A stretch of DNA of 64,000 bases from Acidimicrobiales bacterium (GTDB taxonomy: Bacteria; Actinomycetota; Acidimicrobiia; Acidimicrobiales; Bin134). The notes below the pieces were generated by a model. That model was not told the origin of the DNA. It worked only from the letters and a program-made list of their open reading frames with translations, and made no database searches. The stretch is from assembly GCA_965115985.1 (NCBI GenBank), contig OZ220474.1:3172504-3236503 (forward strand), written 5' to 3'. Position 1 is the stretch's first letter. Each line of letters opens with the position of its first letter. This document shows, piece by piece, positions 34,801 through 42,570 of the stretch. Made by a program: the position numbers and the translations under genes.

Positions 34801-34979
34801 TCCCAAGTAAAACTAACGGAATTATGAGTAGTAGTAACCTGAATATTGGTGGGCACCTTCGGAGCACCTTGGGCGGTCGCTTTTCCAGGAGCCAGGCCGA
34901 CGTCCGCGGCCACCAAGCCCGCGGCCACCAAACCGACTACGACCAGCAACCCCCAACCGGAGAACCTACGCCTACCCAC
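28866..34979 (-). CDS. Giant secreted fibronectin type III repeat protein (2037 aa)
   Basis: Signal/TM-like N-terminus followed by about 17 FN3-like units (recurrent LSW....GGSPI..W.Y......W..........V.GL.NG..Y.F.VRA.N..G.G). It has a Pro/Thr linker and two C-terminal DxDGDG modules. GTG start at 34979. Confidence 0.85.
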   Translation of the reverse strand: MGRRRFSGWGLLVVVGLVAAGLVAADVGLAPGKATAQGAPKVPTNIQVTTTHNSVSFTWDLSASGCEASRWLAWVYRGSSGNSIVSGSLRTVMSRSHSHSGLSASTSYRVGVRSVNPSCSPSNGEIVVSSFTTSADPAATPTPTATATPTPTATPTATATPAQTRPSPVTNVVVAPAHNSGNDTWDAVVTWQAGPAGSCATVSYILRIYTSAGVKFGDDVPVTAKTHTFSNLVASRGYKVGVVGVNTACTTTAGVEVRTDFTTTATPTATPTATPTATPTATPTATPTATPTATPTATPTATATATATATPTPTPTPTPTATATVVVGGGPGAPVSVVPAVVVGDGSVTLRWGPASGSGGVPVVRYEYSFWVVGDKDATVSSWLPVPGSDGRTTTHTVTGLTVGKRYGFEVRAVDADGVAGAALAFPDAGRVSSVPAAPANFEAVAGDSQVTLSWSKVADGRDAAVEANGFSPVLRYESSRKTGDGDWSGWTIMVAASGFLDFTSGEYNAYDSHTVTGLSNGTVYGFRVRAVNANGAGPHSQATGVVASGVPGRARGLEATPSSGSVELSWQPGGDGGSPIVGWQYRYKGAAEGSTIPAFVDGDRWTAVPASSAATRGYVVVGLANEWVYRFQVRATNKNGAGTPATSADVNPGDVPGAPTALAGTPGKDSVTLSWTPPLDTSGELNNGGSPIVRYEYSQKAAGGQWGEWKAIPVTATSDGTGGASITATDEQTYMVSGLTAGTAYGFRVRATNATGGGAYAQTTKDHYPGQRPAAPTNVTLTPAYDAESGEGRITITWAAGGDGGSPVTKWQYKLDKTTTALASSTDWKTICDATTTPECAATASVTIPRPPNADGLPDGVAYFEDNRDFYIVVRALNAFHRSDDDANTGGLPSAVAHARIEAHVPRSPDGFIHAGYSADPKTAGAEAVFHVYRDRLDNADDSPDRLRDEYSFRTGDGPWSTWHRFDGDDNPVGWKPFHDVTKKLGTEYTIRLRHVNRLGAGTHGELRFVWGAPPFPGAANPDSSNEPPYLNVEPGTSRATLKLQYKPSAGGAFVAATTDDEGTYADTVWEYSHRVGDAAWQPWTAIGVGEQFAGGASDGYVVDGLDNGVAYRFRVRATNNTDHESPWYGQIIESRRPATPGVAPPAPLNLTAKGGDRSVVLSWVSAGDGGPAITGWEYCETTTGCDAPGDWQKVDGGHAATTTATVTKFAVAGAADDTALANGTSYTFRVRARNAIGAGAAAEALPTTPGRPPSAPVRALVEAGDGEATIRVAKPAQPGLNLNRVVAYEVRKKTTGGVYDAWETLGTTVAPTADTATRPSAETGAVVRNLVNGRTYTFQVRARNAYGPGPHFETSAVTPIGPPAPGTLVATAGDARVVLSWTAAGSAGSTIVGWEYRQRQGDGGYGSWTNIADSTVTTATHTVGDLSNGIAYRFEVRATTANPQIKGGAFASESVTPSAVPPAPESVGATRGDGEVTLSWTPGTPGAPGEATWASETTGWQYRTRTDDTEFGRWTTVAGSGHVVENLTNGVTYTFEVRATNAIGEGPAGSVSATPATVPAAPTVTATAADAMVTLVWASTGDGGSPITAWQHRTTGGQWVVVADPTTTTMAVPNLTNGVAYTFEVRAVNDVGPGATGTAEATPAGAPPAPELAATAGDSMVALVWASTGDGGSPITAWQVRTTGGEWVTMAADATGMPIPNLENGVAYTFEVRATNTAGTGAVAAESATPAKVPSAPELTVTAGDGQITLAWTSTGDGGSAINAWQHRTRIGVGDWGEWTTMAADASTVTLTGLDSGTGTVAYIFAVRAQNTVGDGAITVSEEVTPTEASTVGDDYYSGTVTGPRFCADLSLGGARLFALDADGDGTADTCSLPYTRREAIARQNAITNLANRHPDQYRKLVNAACATLEGDEPCGGDALAAPGYPPIDDGGPYYSGTITGPSYCANQSLGGPTTYPLDSDGDGVADTCSLPYSRREAIARQKAGDTLAATHPQQFDRELAEECRRLANANHGDNPADLANDACTALTRTTTTTA
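34008..34193. repeat. Coding microsatellite (12-bp/6-bp units) encoding a (TPTA)n/(TA)n/(TP)n linker
   Basis: Residues 263-324 of the 2037-aa protein. Highly regular ggcagtgggagt-type units are visible on the plus strand. Confidence 0.9.
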
Positions 34980-34994
34980 ACCAGCAACCCTTTT

Positions 34995-35010
34995 GGGGGG
35001 GGGGGGGGGG
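34995..35010 (-). repeat. G16 on the plus strand (C16 on the coding strand), 15 nt upstream of the GTG start of the 2037-aa gene
   Basis: The run length is confirmed by two plus-strand ORF translations crossing it (five GGG codons plus one g). Confidence 0.95.
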
Positions 35011-35223
35011 CGAAGCGATCATCGCGGCCCTGGACCGCGAACCACTACCATGCATCATCGAGCACCTCTCAAGCACATGGCCCGACCCGCACAAGGATCG
35101 GAACCAACACAACCAGCATCAAGCCCCGAACAGTAACCAACCCCTCAACCCCAAACAAGTATTTCCTCGGGGGTGGTGCCCCTCGGGAGGAGATCCAGGT
35201 GGTCGGCACGAAGCCCCTGGGAA

Positions 35224-37494
35224 CTACGCGCCGCGGCCGGCGATGAGCTGTTGCAGGGCGTCCTCGTCGCCCACCAGCTCCGACACCAATCCCTCGTCCA
35301 CGTCGGCCACGATTATCTCCCCCACCTCGTCGGACACCGATGTGAAAAAGCCCAGCTCCTTCATGCCCGCGGTCTGGCGGTAGTTGTCGTCGGTGGGGGT
35401 CAAATACTGGACCGACACCGCGTTGTAGCGCCGAATCAAGTACAGGTGCATCAGTGCCATCAGCCGCTTGCGGCGTAGAGCCGGGCTGTGGGTGTTCTGG
35501 TCCCGTACCGACAGGATGGCCCTCCCCCGCCGATCGTGCAGCACCCCGAACACCACATTGGCCAAGTCCTTGTCGCCGCTGAGCACCACCAGTTGGAGAA
35601 CCTCGGAACCCGCGGTGTAGGGCCGCAGTCTCACCTTGAGGTCGGCATCAACGTGGTTGTGCAGGGCCCACCGTTGCAACCATGCTTCCAGCTCCCGGGT
35701 GGGCACCTCGGTCTGGACGAGGTGCTGGAACTGGGTGGAGCCCTTGCCCATGGCCCGGGTGGTGGCGGTGCGCCCGGAACTGGCCATGAGCGCGGCGTCC
35801 AGACGGGGGCCGCCCACCAGGGTTTGCGGGGTCCGGTAGGGGGAGTCCACCAGGCGGAACCTCCGCTGGAGCCGGGCCAGGGCCAGCATCCCGTCCTGTT
35901 GGAGGGAGGCGGCGAACTCCTCGCCGGCCATGCCGTCCACCTGGTGGCCGCCGTAGGTGATGAAGTTGAAGACGAACCCCATCCGGCCCAGTTCGGCGGG
36001 GAACTCCCGCATCTCGTCCTCGCTCATCCCGGTGGTGTCCCAGTTGAACGACGGCGACAGGTTGTAGGCCAGCATCTTGTCGGGATGCACCGCGTGGATG
36101 GCCTCGGCGAACTCCCGGGCGTCGTTCAGGTCGGCGGTCTTGGTCTCCATCCACAACAGGTCGCAGAACGGGGCCACCGCCAGCGACTTGGCCACCGCGT
36201 AGGGTATGCCGCCCTGCACCTGGTAGTAGCCCTCGGTGGTCCGGGCCACCTCGGGATCCCAGGTCACGTCGAGGCCGAGCTCGGTGGCTCGGGACCGGGC
36301 GGTGGCGGTGTCGACGCCGGCGGCGAAGCCCAGCCACTCCCCCACTCCCATGTCGAAGGTCTCCCCCTCCGATGATCGCAGCGCCAACTGGTCGGCCACC
36401 GCCTGGGGATAGGTGGCCAGCCCCGCGGCTCGGTGCCAGGCCTCGGCCAGGGCGTCGGAGACCCGGTCCACCGCCTCGTCGGGCCGAGGATCGGGCGACG
36501 CGTGGTAGGCCACCATGGCCTTCTCGATCTCCCGACCGACCCCCGACTGGTCGAGCCAGGCCGAGGCCCGGCCATAGCGGCTCTCGGGCACCGCGTACAG
36601 AAGATGACCGTTGACCCCTTCCACCCCGGCCTCGGCGAGACGGCGCAGCACGGCCAGATAGGCATCCTTGTACGAGGGAACCGACGGCTGGGTGGCCCCC
36701 ATGATGAACGGCTGGTCGCGCTCGTCGGTGCCGCCGTCCAACAGGTTGGCCGCCTCGGCGTCGGTGCGGGCCACGATGATGCCGGCCACCCCCATCACGT
36801 CGAGCTGGAACCGGGCCGCGTTGAGCCGCTTGATCTGCTCGTCGCACGGCACCAGCACCTTGCCGCCCTGGTGGCCGCACTTCTTGAGCCCCGGCTTCTG
36901 GTCCTCGATGTGATAGCCCGGTACCCCGGCCTCCACGAAACGGCGGATCAGATTGCGGACATGAGGATCACCGCCGTGACCGGTATCGGCGTCGGCGATG
37001 ATCGTGGGGGTGAAATCGACGATGGGAGTGGTCTGGCGTTCCGCAGCGCTCATCCGGGAGCGGGCGAACCGCTGGTTCCGGTCGGCGGTCAAAAGGGCCC
37101 GCACCAACCCGGCCGCCTCGTCGGGCACCATGCTCAACGGATAGCTGGCCAGGTCGGGGCCGGGATCCTCGTGCCGGGCCCCCTTGGCCGACGTGGCCCA
37201 TCCCCCCAGGTATATGCCCTCGATCCCCGCCCGCTTCATGGCCACCGCCTGGCCCGGCGAGTACGGACCGAACGTGGAGATGCACCGCCCCTGGTCGAAG
37301 AGCTCCCTCAACCGACTGTGGAAGCGCTCGGCCGCCACCCGGGCCACGGGGTGGTCCTGGGCGATCACCCCCCGCTGCTCCACCACCTGGCGGGCCGAGT
37401 ACAGGCGGGTCACCCCCTCGAAACGGGACGAGGCCATCCACTCCCGGGTGGATTCGACCTCGGCATCGAACGAACCGGCAGCGTTGACGGTCAT
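35224..37494 (-). CDS. aceA: Isocitrate lyase, long (ICL2/AceAb-type, 756 aa)
   Basis: ICL signature KKCGHQGGK. The N-terminal [28 protein letters not shown] is typical of ICL. An extra internal/C-terminal domain gives the ~750 aa length. Confidence 0.9.
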   Translation of the reverse strand: MTVNAAGSFDAEVESTREWMASSRFEGVTRLYSARQVVEQRGVIAQDHPVARVAAERFHSRLRELFDQGRCISTFGPYSPGQAVAMKRAGIEGIYLGGWATSAKGARHEDPGPDLASYPLSMVPDEAAGLVRALLTADRNQRFARSRMSAAERQTTPIVDFTPTIIADADTGHGGDPHVRNLIRRFVEAGVPGYHIEDQKPGLKKCGHQGGKVLVPCDEQIKRLNAARFQLDVMGVAGIIVARTDAEAANLLDGGTDERDQPFIMGATQPSVPSYKDAYLAVLRRLAEAGVEGVNGHLLYAVPESRYGRASAWLDQSGVGREIEKAMVAYHASPDPRPDEAVDRVSDALAEAWHRAAGLATYPQAVADQLALRSSEGETFDMGVGEWLGFAAGVDTATARSRATELGLDVTWDPEVARTTEGYYQVQGGIPYAVAKSLAVAPFCDLLWMETKTADLNDAREFAEAIHAVHPDKMLAYNLSPSFNWDTTGMSEDEMREFPAELGRMGFVFNFITYGGHQVDGMAGEEFAASLQQDGMLALARLQRRFRLVDSPYRTPQTLVGGPRLDAALMASSGRTATTRAMGKGSTQFQHLVQTEVPTRELEAWLQRWALHNHVDADLKVRLRPYTAGSEVLQLVVLSGDKDLANVVFGVLHDRRGRAILSVRDQNTHSPALRRKRLMALMHLYLIRRYNAVSVQYLTPTDDNYRQTAGMKELGFFTSVSDEVGEIIVADVDEGLVSELVGDEDALQQLIAGRGA

Positions 37495-37587
37495 GCTGAT
37501 ACCTCATCTGGTGTGAGACGAAAGATTGACCGCCGACACTAGCAACCGCGCCTCTGCCTCGATCCTCATTTATCGATTTATCGGGGG

Positions 37588-37733
37588 TTCCCTCTCGCCT
37601 TCGGCCTCCGCCCTCCCGGCTGTCCGATGATGGGAGCACGAGCTTCCCTCTCGCCTTCGGCCTCCGCCCTCCCGGCTGTCCGATGATGGGAGCACGAGCT
37701 TCCCCCTCGCCTTCGGCCTCCGCCCCGTGGGGT
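37588..37733. repeat. 2.6 x 56-bp tandem repeat in the divergent aceA/glcB intergenic region
   Basis: Copies start at 37588, 37644 and 37700 and are near-identical. Confidence 0.95.
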
Positions 37734-37747
37734 CGTAGCCTGAAGCG

Positions 37748-39997
37748 GTGCCCGAGACCTATCGGACGTTGGGAAGACTCGAAGTGGCCGACCCCCTGGC
37801 GGCCTTCGTCGACGACCGGCTGGCTCCGGGAACCGGGGTGGGTCCCGAGCAGTTCTGGCCGGCTTTCGAGCAGGTGGTGGCCGGCTTCGGGCCGAGAGTG
37901 CGGGCCGCCCTCGACGAGCGAGACCGCTTGCAGGCCCGAATCGATGCCTGGTATCGGAGTCGCGGGCCGCACCCGGAAGAACCGGAGGAGGCGGCCGCCT
38001 TCCTGCGTTCGATCGGCTACCTGGTGGACGATCCCGGGCCGGTGTCGGTCACCACCACGGGGGTCGATCCCGAGATCGCCTCCACGGCCGGGCCGCAACT
38101 GGTGGTACCGGTGGACAACGCCCGCTACGCCCTCAACGCCGCCAACGCCCGCTGGGGCAGCCTGTACGACGCCTTCTACGGCACCGACGCCATCGATGAA
38201 TCGGGGGGCGCGGGCCGGGCCGGGCCGTACAACCCGGTGCGGGGCCGGAGGGTGATCGACCGGGTTCGCGAGCTGCTGGACGCCCACGTTCCCCTGGGGC
38301 GCGGATCCCACTCCGAATCGGTGGCCTATGCGGTTGACGATGGTGGGCTACGGGTGGAGATGGCCGACGGAACCACCACGGGGTTGGCCGATGCCGGGCA
38401 GTTCACCGGCCACACCGGAGAGGCCGACGCTCCCACCACGGTGCTGCTGAAAAAGCACGGGCTCGAATTGGAGCTGGTGATCGACCGCCACCACCGCATC
38501 GGTCGCGACGATCCCGCAGGCATCGCCGACGTGATGATGGAATCGGCCCTAACCACCATCATGGACCTGGAGGACTCGGTGGCCGCGGTGGACGCCGACG
38601 ACAAGACCCGGGCCTACGCCAACTGGCTGGGGCTGATGCAGCGCAACCTCACCGCATCGTTCACCAAGGACGGTCGGTCCCTCACCCGCAGTCTGGCCGC
38701 CGACACCACGGCCACCGATCCGTCGGGCCGGACGAGAACGGTGCGCCGCCGAAGCGTCATGTTGATCCGCAGCGTGGGCCTGCACATGGAAACCGACATG
38801 GTGCGCCTTAACGGCCGGCCCGTTCCCGAGACAATCGTCGATGTGGCCATGGCCGCCTGGTGCGCCCTCCACGACCTGGCGGGGGGCGGCTCGCACCGCA
38901 ACAGCCTCACCGGATCGGCCTACATCGTGATGCCCAAGCTGCACGGCCCCCACGAGACTGCGTTGGTGCGCGACCTGTTCGCCTCGGTCGAGACCGTGGT
39001 GGGGATGGCTCCCAACACTTTGAAGATGGGGATCATGGACGAGGAGCGCCGCACGTCGCTCAACCTGGCCGCCTGCATCGCCGAGGCCTCCGAGCGGGTG
39101 GCGTTCATCAATACCGGGTTCCTCGACCGCACCGGCGACGACATCCACACCACCATGGAGGCCGGTCCGATGATTCCCAAGGCGGACATCAAGTCGTGCC
39201 GGTGGCTGACCGCCTACGAGGAGGCCAACGTGGCTGCCGGGCTGGCCATGGAGCTGCCGGGGCGTGCCCAGATCGGCAAGGGCATGTGGGCCCGACCCGA
39301 CGACATGGCCGCGATGCTGGAGGACAAGGCCGACCATCCACGTTCGGGGGCGTCCACCGCGTGGGTGCCCTCCCCCACCGCGGCCACCCTCCACGCGCTC
39401 CACTATCTGGACAACGATGTGGCCGCCCGCCAAAAGGAGCTGACCCCACCGGCTGCCGACCGGGCCGCCGTCCGGGCTGTCGCCGAGTGCTCCGCCGCCC
39501 CCCCGGCCGCCGCCGATAGGGCCGCCGCCGTCCGGGCCATGCTCACCCCCGCGGTGCCGGCTCCCGACCGCCGCATCTCCCCCGCCGAGATCCAGCGGGA
39601 GCTGGACAACAACGCCCAGAGCATCCTGGGCTACGTGACCCGGTGGGTGGGTCAGGGCGTGGGCTGCTCCAAGGTGCCCGACATCAACGGCGTCGCCCTC
39701 ATGGAGGACCGGGCCACGCTGCGGATTTCCTCGCAGCACATCGCCAACTGGCTCCACCACGGTCTGCTGTCCGAGCACCAGGTGGTCGAGACCATGCGAC
39801 GGATGGCCTCGGTGGTCGACGGCCAGAACTCCGACGACCCCGACTACGAGCCCATGATCAAGAATTTCCCCACCAGTATCCCGTTCAACGCCGCCCTGGC
39901 GTTGGTTCTGGAGGGTCGAGATCAACCCAACGGCTACACCGAAGCAATCCTCACCACCCACCGCCGCCGTCAAAAGGCCTCCCAGCAGGCCAAATGA
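37748..39997 (+). CDS. glcB: Malate synthase G
   Basis: About 750 aa. The N-terminal LEVADPLAAFVDDRLAPGTGVGPEQFW and overall length are typical of GlcB. GTG start. Confidence 0.9.
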   Translation: MPETYRTLGRLEVADPLAAFVDDRLAPGTGVGPEQFWPAFEQVVAGFGPRVRAALDERDRLQARIDAWYRSRGPHPEEPEEAAAFLRSIGYLVDDPGPVSVTTTGVDPEIASTAGPQLVVPVDNARYALNAANARWGSLYDAFYGTDAIDESGGAGRAGPYNPVRGRRVIDRVRELLDAHVPLGRGSHSESVAYAVDDGGLRVEMADGTTTGLADAGQFTGHTGEADAPTTVLLKKHGLELELVIDRHHRIGRDDPAGIADVMMESALTTIMDLEDSVAAVDADDKTRAYANWLGLMQRNLTASFTKDGRSLTRSLAADTTATDPSGRTRTVRRRSVMLIRSVGLHMETDMVRLNGRPVPETIVDVAMAAWCALHDLAGGGSHRNSLTGSAYIVMPKLHGPHETALVRDLFASVETVVGMAPNTLKMGIMDEERRTSLNLAACIAEASERVAFINTGFLDRTGDDIHTTMEAGPMIPKADIKSCRWLTAYEEANVAAGLAMELPGRAQIGKGMWARPDDMAAMLEDKADHPRSGASTAWVPSPTAATLHALHYLDNDVAARQKELTPPAADRAAVRAVAECSAAPPAAADRAAAVRAMLTPAVPAPDRRISPAEIQRELDNNAQSILGYVTRWVGQGVGCSKVPDINGVALMEDRATLRISSQHIANWLHHGLLSEHQVVETMRRMASVVDGQNSDDPDYEPMIKNFPTSIPFNAALALVLEGRDQPNGYTEAILTTHRRRQKASQQAK

Positions 39998-40009
39998 GCT
40001 AGGGCAAGC

Positions 40010-40198
40010 CCCAGGGCGTCCTCGGTCCATTCGATCTCGGGGACATGCTGATCGGCCAGCGTGGCCGCCGCCCGACCCATCAGCCCAGGGCGTCCTCGGT
40101 CCATTCGATCTCGGGGACATGCTGATCGGCCAGCGTGGCCGCCGCCCGACCCATCAGCCCAGGGCGTCCTCGGTCCATTCGATCTCGGGGACATGCTG
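40010..40198. repeat. 2.5 x 74-bp tandem repeat between glcB and the sulfotransferase gene
   Basis: Copies start at 40010, 40084 and 40158. Each contains ggacATGCTG. The last, partial copy provides ATG 40193. Confidence 0.95.
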
Positions 40199-41509
40199 GG
40201 CCATGGCGACATGGTACGGACGACATGGTACGGGGGTAGCCTGCGGGGCGTGAGCAACCGTCCGGCCCCCATTCGCATAGATGACCTGGCAAACCCGGTG
40301 CTTGCCCCGGAGATAGCACGGATGATGGAGCAGACCGCTCCGATGGCCGAAAAGATCGAGTTGAGCCCCGAGGCCGTGCTGGCCGAGGCCACCGCCCGGA
40401 CCGGGCTCGGTGATTTCGGACCCGACGGATTCCGGGCCCCGCTCGAGGTGTTGTGCCGGGCCCTGGACGTCGAGGCCGACCTCTCCCCCATGGGTCGGGT
40501 GAGCAGCTTCAACCAACTGAGCGGTTTCGCGGCCAACCGTTTGCGGATCGAGCAGTACGTCAAGGACCATCCCGACGCTCTCGAGGTGCCCATAAGCCGA
40601 CCCATCGTGATCGCCGGGCTGCCCCGCACCGGCACCACCCATCTGCACAACCTCGTCTCCGCCGACCCCGGGTTGCGCTCGCTGCCCTGGTGGGAGGCCC
40701 TGGAGCCGGTTCCTCCTCCCGAGGAGGCCGGAACCACCGAAGGTCGCATCGAACGGGCCCGGGGCGGGCTGGTGATCCACAACACGGCCCTGCCCCACTA
40801 CGACCGCATGCACGAGATGACCTGGGATCACGTCCACGAGGAGATCCACCTGCTGGGCATCGATTTCTCCACCATGTTGTTCGACTGCACGGCGGTGATG
40901 CCCTCGTGGCGGGCGTACTACCAGCAGCACGACCAGACCCCCCACTACCAGTACCTCAAGCGAATTCTCCAGGTGCTCACCCACCAGCGCCCGCCCCGGG
41001 AGCGCTGGGTGCTCAAGTCCCCCCAGCACCTCGAACAGATAGGGCCGCTGATGAACGTCCTCGGCGACGCCACCGTGGTGTTCACCCACCGCGATCCAGT
41101 GTCGATCACCGCCTCGTTCGCCACCATGATCTGTTACTCGGCCCGCATGAGCGCCACCCATCCGGTGGACGTCCACGGCATCGGCCAATGGTGGGCCCGA
41201 CTGATCGAGGACATGCTCCGGGCCTGCACCGCCGACCGGAACCTGGTGCCCCCGGAACAGTCCATGGACGTGTTGTTCCACGAGTTCATGGCCGACGACG
41301 TGGCCACGGTGGAGCGCATCTACGAGCTGGCCGACCGATCCTTCACCCCCCGGGTGAGGGCGGCCATGGACGGGTACATGGCGGACCATCCCCGGGGCAG
41401 GCACGGCCGGGTGATCTACGACCTGGCCGACTTCGGCATCGATCCCGCCGAACGCCGCCAATCGCTCGGCTTCTACACCGACCGGTTCGCGGTGGAGTTG
41501 GAGTCCTGA
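40193..41509 (+). CDS. Sulfotransferase family protein
   Basis: PAPS-binding 5'-PSB loop IAGLPRTGTTHLHNLV and the TGLGDFG region. The start is uncertain (ATG 40193 in the last repeat copy, or ATG 40322). Confidence 0.75.
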   Translation: MLGHGDMVRTTWYGGSLRGVSNRPAPIRIDDLANPVLAPEIARMMEQTAPMAEKIELSPEAVLAEATARTGLGDFGPDGFRAPLEVLCRALDVEADLSPMGRVSSFNQLSGFAANRLRIEQYVKDHPDALEVPISRPIVIAGLPRTGTTHLHNLVSADPGLRSLPWWEALEPVPPPEEAGTTEGRIERARGGLVIHNTALPHYDRMHEMTWDHVHEEIHLLGIDFSTMLFDCTAVMPSWRAYYQQHDQTPHYQYLKRILQVLTHQRPPRERWVLKSPQHLEQIGPLMNVLGDATVVFTHRDPVSITASFATMICYSARMSATHPVDVHGIGQWWARLIEDMLRACTADRNLVPPEQSMDVLFHEFMADDVATVERIYELADRSFTPRVRAAMDGYMADHPRGRHGRVIYDLADFGIDPAERRQSLGFYTDRFAVELES

Positions 41510-41679
41510 CCGCGCCGAGCAAGCGGTGGAGTTGGAGTCCTGACCGCGCCGGGCAAGCGGTGGAGTTGGAGTCCTGACCGCGCCGGGCAAGCGGTGGAGT
41601 TGGAGTCCTGACCGCGCCGGGCAAGCGGTGGTGCTGGAGTCCTGACCGCGCCGGGCAAGCGGTGGTGCTGGAGTCCTAG
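41491..41679. repeat. 5.5 x 34-bp tandem repeat between convergent genes
   Basis: Copies start at 41491, 41525, 41559, 41593, 41627 and 41661. The sulfotransferase TGA (41507-41509) is in copy 1. The stop of the minus-strand thioesterase gene (41680-41682) abuts the last partial copy. Confidence 0.97.
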
Positions 41680-42348
41680 CTACAAATCGTCGATTAGCTG
41701 GCGGTTGGCCCGCACGAAGATGCCCTCGGCGGTGGCGGTCACTGCTCCGTCGTGAACCATCTCGCCGGATACGTACAATTTCCGCCCCTCGCTGCCGGCG
41801 GGCCAGGCCCGCAGGGCGATGTCGCTCATCAACGGCGTGGGCCGCCGGTAGACCACCTTCAGCGTGCCGGTGTAGCCGCCCCGGTCGTTGACCACGTTGA
41901 CCACTCCCAGCAGCTCGTCGAACACCTTGGCGATGATCCCCCCGTGGACCAGGCCCGGCGGGCCGGCGTAGACCGCGGACAGGTTCATCCGCCCGTGAAC
42001 CTCGGTGCCCTCCACCCAGAACTCCGCCGGGGGCGACACCGGGTTCAACCGCCCGATGATGGGGCTGTAGGGGAAGAACGTCATCGGGTCGTGGGACTCG
42101 AACCCGGCCTCCAGATCGCCCATGACCCCTTGGCGGTGGTGTCCCTCCACCTGCTCGGCCTCCACCAGGGCTGCGGCCTGTTCCAAAAGATCGGTGGCTC
42201 GGGCGACGGCGTCGCCGGTGACCGCAGTGACCCGCACCGCGTTCAACACCCGGCGGGCGGCCCCGGCCAGGGCCAACCGCTCGGCCCCGACCCCGTAGTC
42301 GGGGCCCGAAGCCGCGCTGGGGGCCTCCCAGAGAGGTGGCTCGCTCAA
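41680..42348 (-). CDS. PaaI-type hotdog-fold thioesterase
   Basis: GLVHGGIIAKVFDELLG motif. TTG start inferred from the ORF track. Confidence 0.65.
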   Translation of the reverse strand: MSEPPLWEAPSAASGPDYGVGAERLALAGAARRVLNAVRVTAVTGDAVARATDLLEQAAALVEAEQVEGHHRQGVMGDLEAGFESHDPMTFFPYSPIIGRLNPVSPPAEFWVEGTEVHGRMNLSAVYAGPPGLVHGGIIAKVFDELLGVVNVVNDRGGYTGTLKVVYRRPTPLMSDIALRAWPAGSEGRKLYVSGEMVHDGAVTATAEGIFVRANRQLIDDL

Positions 42349-42402
42349 ACGACTACCAGCACGGGGGACTCAAGGAACCGAGGGGCTCGATGAACCGATA
42401 AA

Positions 42403-42558
42403 GCCGAGGGCTCGGGGACTCGATGAAACTGGGCTCAGGAACCGAGGACTCAAGGAACTGGGGACTCGAGGGGCCGAGGGCTCGGGGACTCGATGAAACT
42501 GGGCTCAGGAACCGAGGACTCAAGGAACTGGGGACTCGAGGGGCCGAGGGCTCGGGGG
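42403..42558. repeat. 2.2 x 70-bp tandem repeat between the SDR stop and the thioesterase start
   Basis: Copies start at 42403, 42473 and 42543, with additional diverged similarity at 42364-42402. Confidence 0.95.
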
Positions 42559-42570
42559 CTGGCAGGGCCG

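Noticed and set aside
40080-40319. Minus-strand mini-ORFs ending ...HVPEIEWTEDALG, repeated in each 74-bp unit.
   Set aside because: No upstream gene body exists on that strand, because the sulfotransferase occupies the plus strand. They are most likely a by-product of the repeat.
41491-41679. Possible CRISPR array, considered for this and the other short tandem repeats.
   Set aside because: The units are directly adjacent with no unique spacers, unit sequences differ at every locus, and no cas genes are present.
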